A stretch of 64,000 bases of DNA from Callorhinchus milii. Lineage: Eukaryota. Location: the NCBI RefSeq assembly GCF_018977255.1, contig NW_024704743.1:21578001-21642000 (forward strand), given 5' to 3'. How positions within the stretch are numbered: position 1 is the stretch's first letter; the number at the start of each line of letters is the position of its first letter. The position numbers and the translations under genes are program-made. Shown in pieces: positions 62,985 to 64,000 of this stretch. The notes below the pieces were generated by a model that did no database searches, was not told the origin of the DNA, and worked only from the letters and a program-made list of their open reading frames with translations.

Positions 62985-64000
62985 TGAGCTCCATTATATC
63001 AGAGAACTGGTGGAGGCTGTTCGAGTGCAGATGGCGGAAAACTGGCCTGACAGTTCACCGCCAACTGGCTCGAGCATCTCCACAGCTACCGTCGTTCTTT
63101 GGAGCGCGAGAAAACGGTCTTCTACTCCAACATCATCTTGGAGGTTAAAAACAATCCTAAGATCCTTTTTTCCACCACCCACTACCTCCTCTGTGCCTCC
63201 CCTCAGGCCTTCTCAATTTTCACATCCAATGCCAAGTGCGAGGAAGTCATGGACTTCTTTTCATCCAAAATACACAACATCCGCCAAGCAGCCTCATCCT
63301 CCTGCCTCTTGTCACCCACCACCACCCCCTCTCCGTCCCCCTCACTCTCCCCATCATCTGCTCCTACCACCACCCCCATCCTACACCCCTTCCTCCCCAT
63401 CTCTCCCTCCCTCTCACCCACCATCATCTCAATGAAACCCACCACCTGCTGCCTCGATCCCCTCCCCACCAACTTGCTGGTCACCAGCTCCCCCTCCTCT
63501 GCCCACTACTGGCTGATGTCATTAACCAGTCCCTCTCCTCTGGATCAGTCCCTGCCCCCCTCAAAACTGCTGTCATCACCCCCCTCCTCAAAAATCCTTC
63601 CCTAGATCCCTCAAACCCCAGTCACTACCGCTCTATTTCAAACTTGCCCTTCCTCGCTGAAATCCAAGAACGCGTTGTTGCCAATCAACTCCACGAACAC
63701 CTCTCCACTCTCTCTTCGAACCCCTCCAGTCCAGTTTCTGCCCTGCCCACAGTACAGAGACTGCGCTTGTGAAAGTCACAAATGGCATCTTTATCTGTGA
63801 CCAGGGCTCCCTCTGCCTCCTTATCCTCCTGGACCTCTCCGCCACGTTCGACACAGTCGATCACACCATCCTCCACCTCCTTTCCTCCGTCATCCACCTC
63901 AGTGGGACCGCACTCGCCTGGTTTGAGAACCTACCTCACTAACCGCCAGCAGTACATCTGCACAAACGGCTTCTCCTCCCGCTCTCACCTGGTTACCTGC
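62985..64000 (+). mobile_element. Degenerate L2 ORF2, continuing past the window end
   Basis: KPTTCCLDPLPT, KTAVITPLLKNPSLDP, YRSISNLPFL, LDLSATFDTVDH. Confidence 0.9.

Overview
Vertebrate genomic DNA, most likely a cartilaginous fish (chimaera/shark-type repeat content: tRNA-headed Deu-domain SINEs with (ATT)n tails, L2 and CR1 LINE fragments, Penelope-type palindromes). Two protein-coding genes lie head-to-head. ENKUR (enkurin) is on the minus strand with 5 coding exons, 40557->29860, 254 aa. THNSL1 (shikimate-kinase-like plus threonine-synthase-like) is on the plus strand with a single coding exon, 59216-61468, 750 aa. Each gene appears to have its own CpG-rich promoter, about 16 kb apart, and each promoter is backed by a ~1 kb G-rich low-complexity array. 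Most other ORFs in the track are repeat or low-complexity artefacts. Most notable observations: (1) the CpG island upstream of THNSL1 is largely built from two nested SINEs whose differences from sister copies are almost all A/T->G/C, the expected footprint of GC-biased gene conversion at a promoter; (2) a palindromic Penelope-type element in the probable THNSL1 3'UTR has a minimal hammerhead core that is intact only on the antisense strand; (3) a ~600-nt A-tailed repeat family that I cannot name occurs at least 8 times. All alignments were done by eye and repeat-family names come from recall, not database searches.
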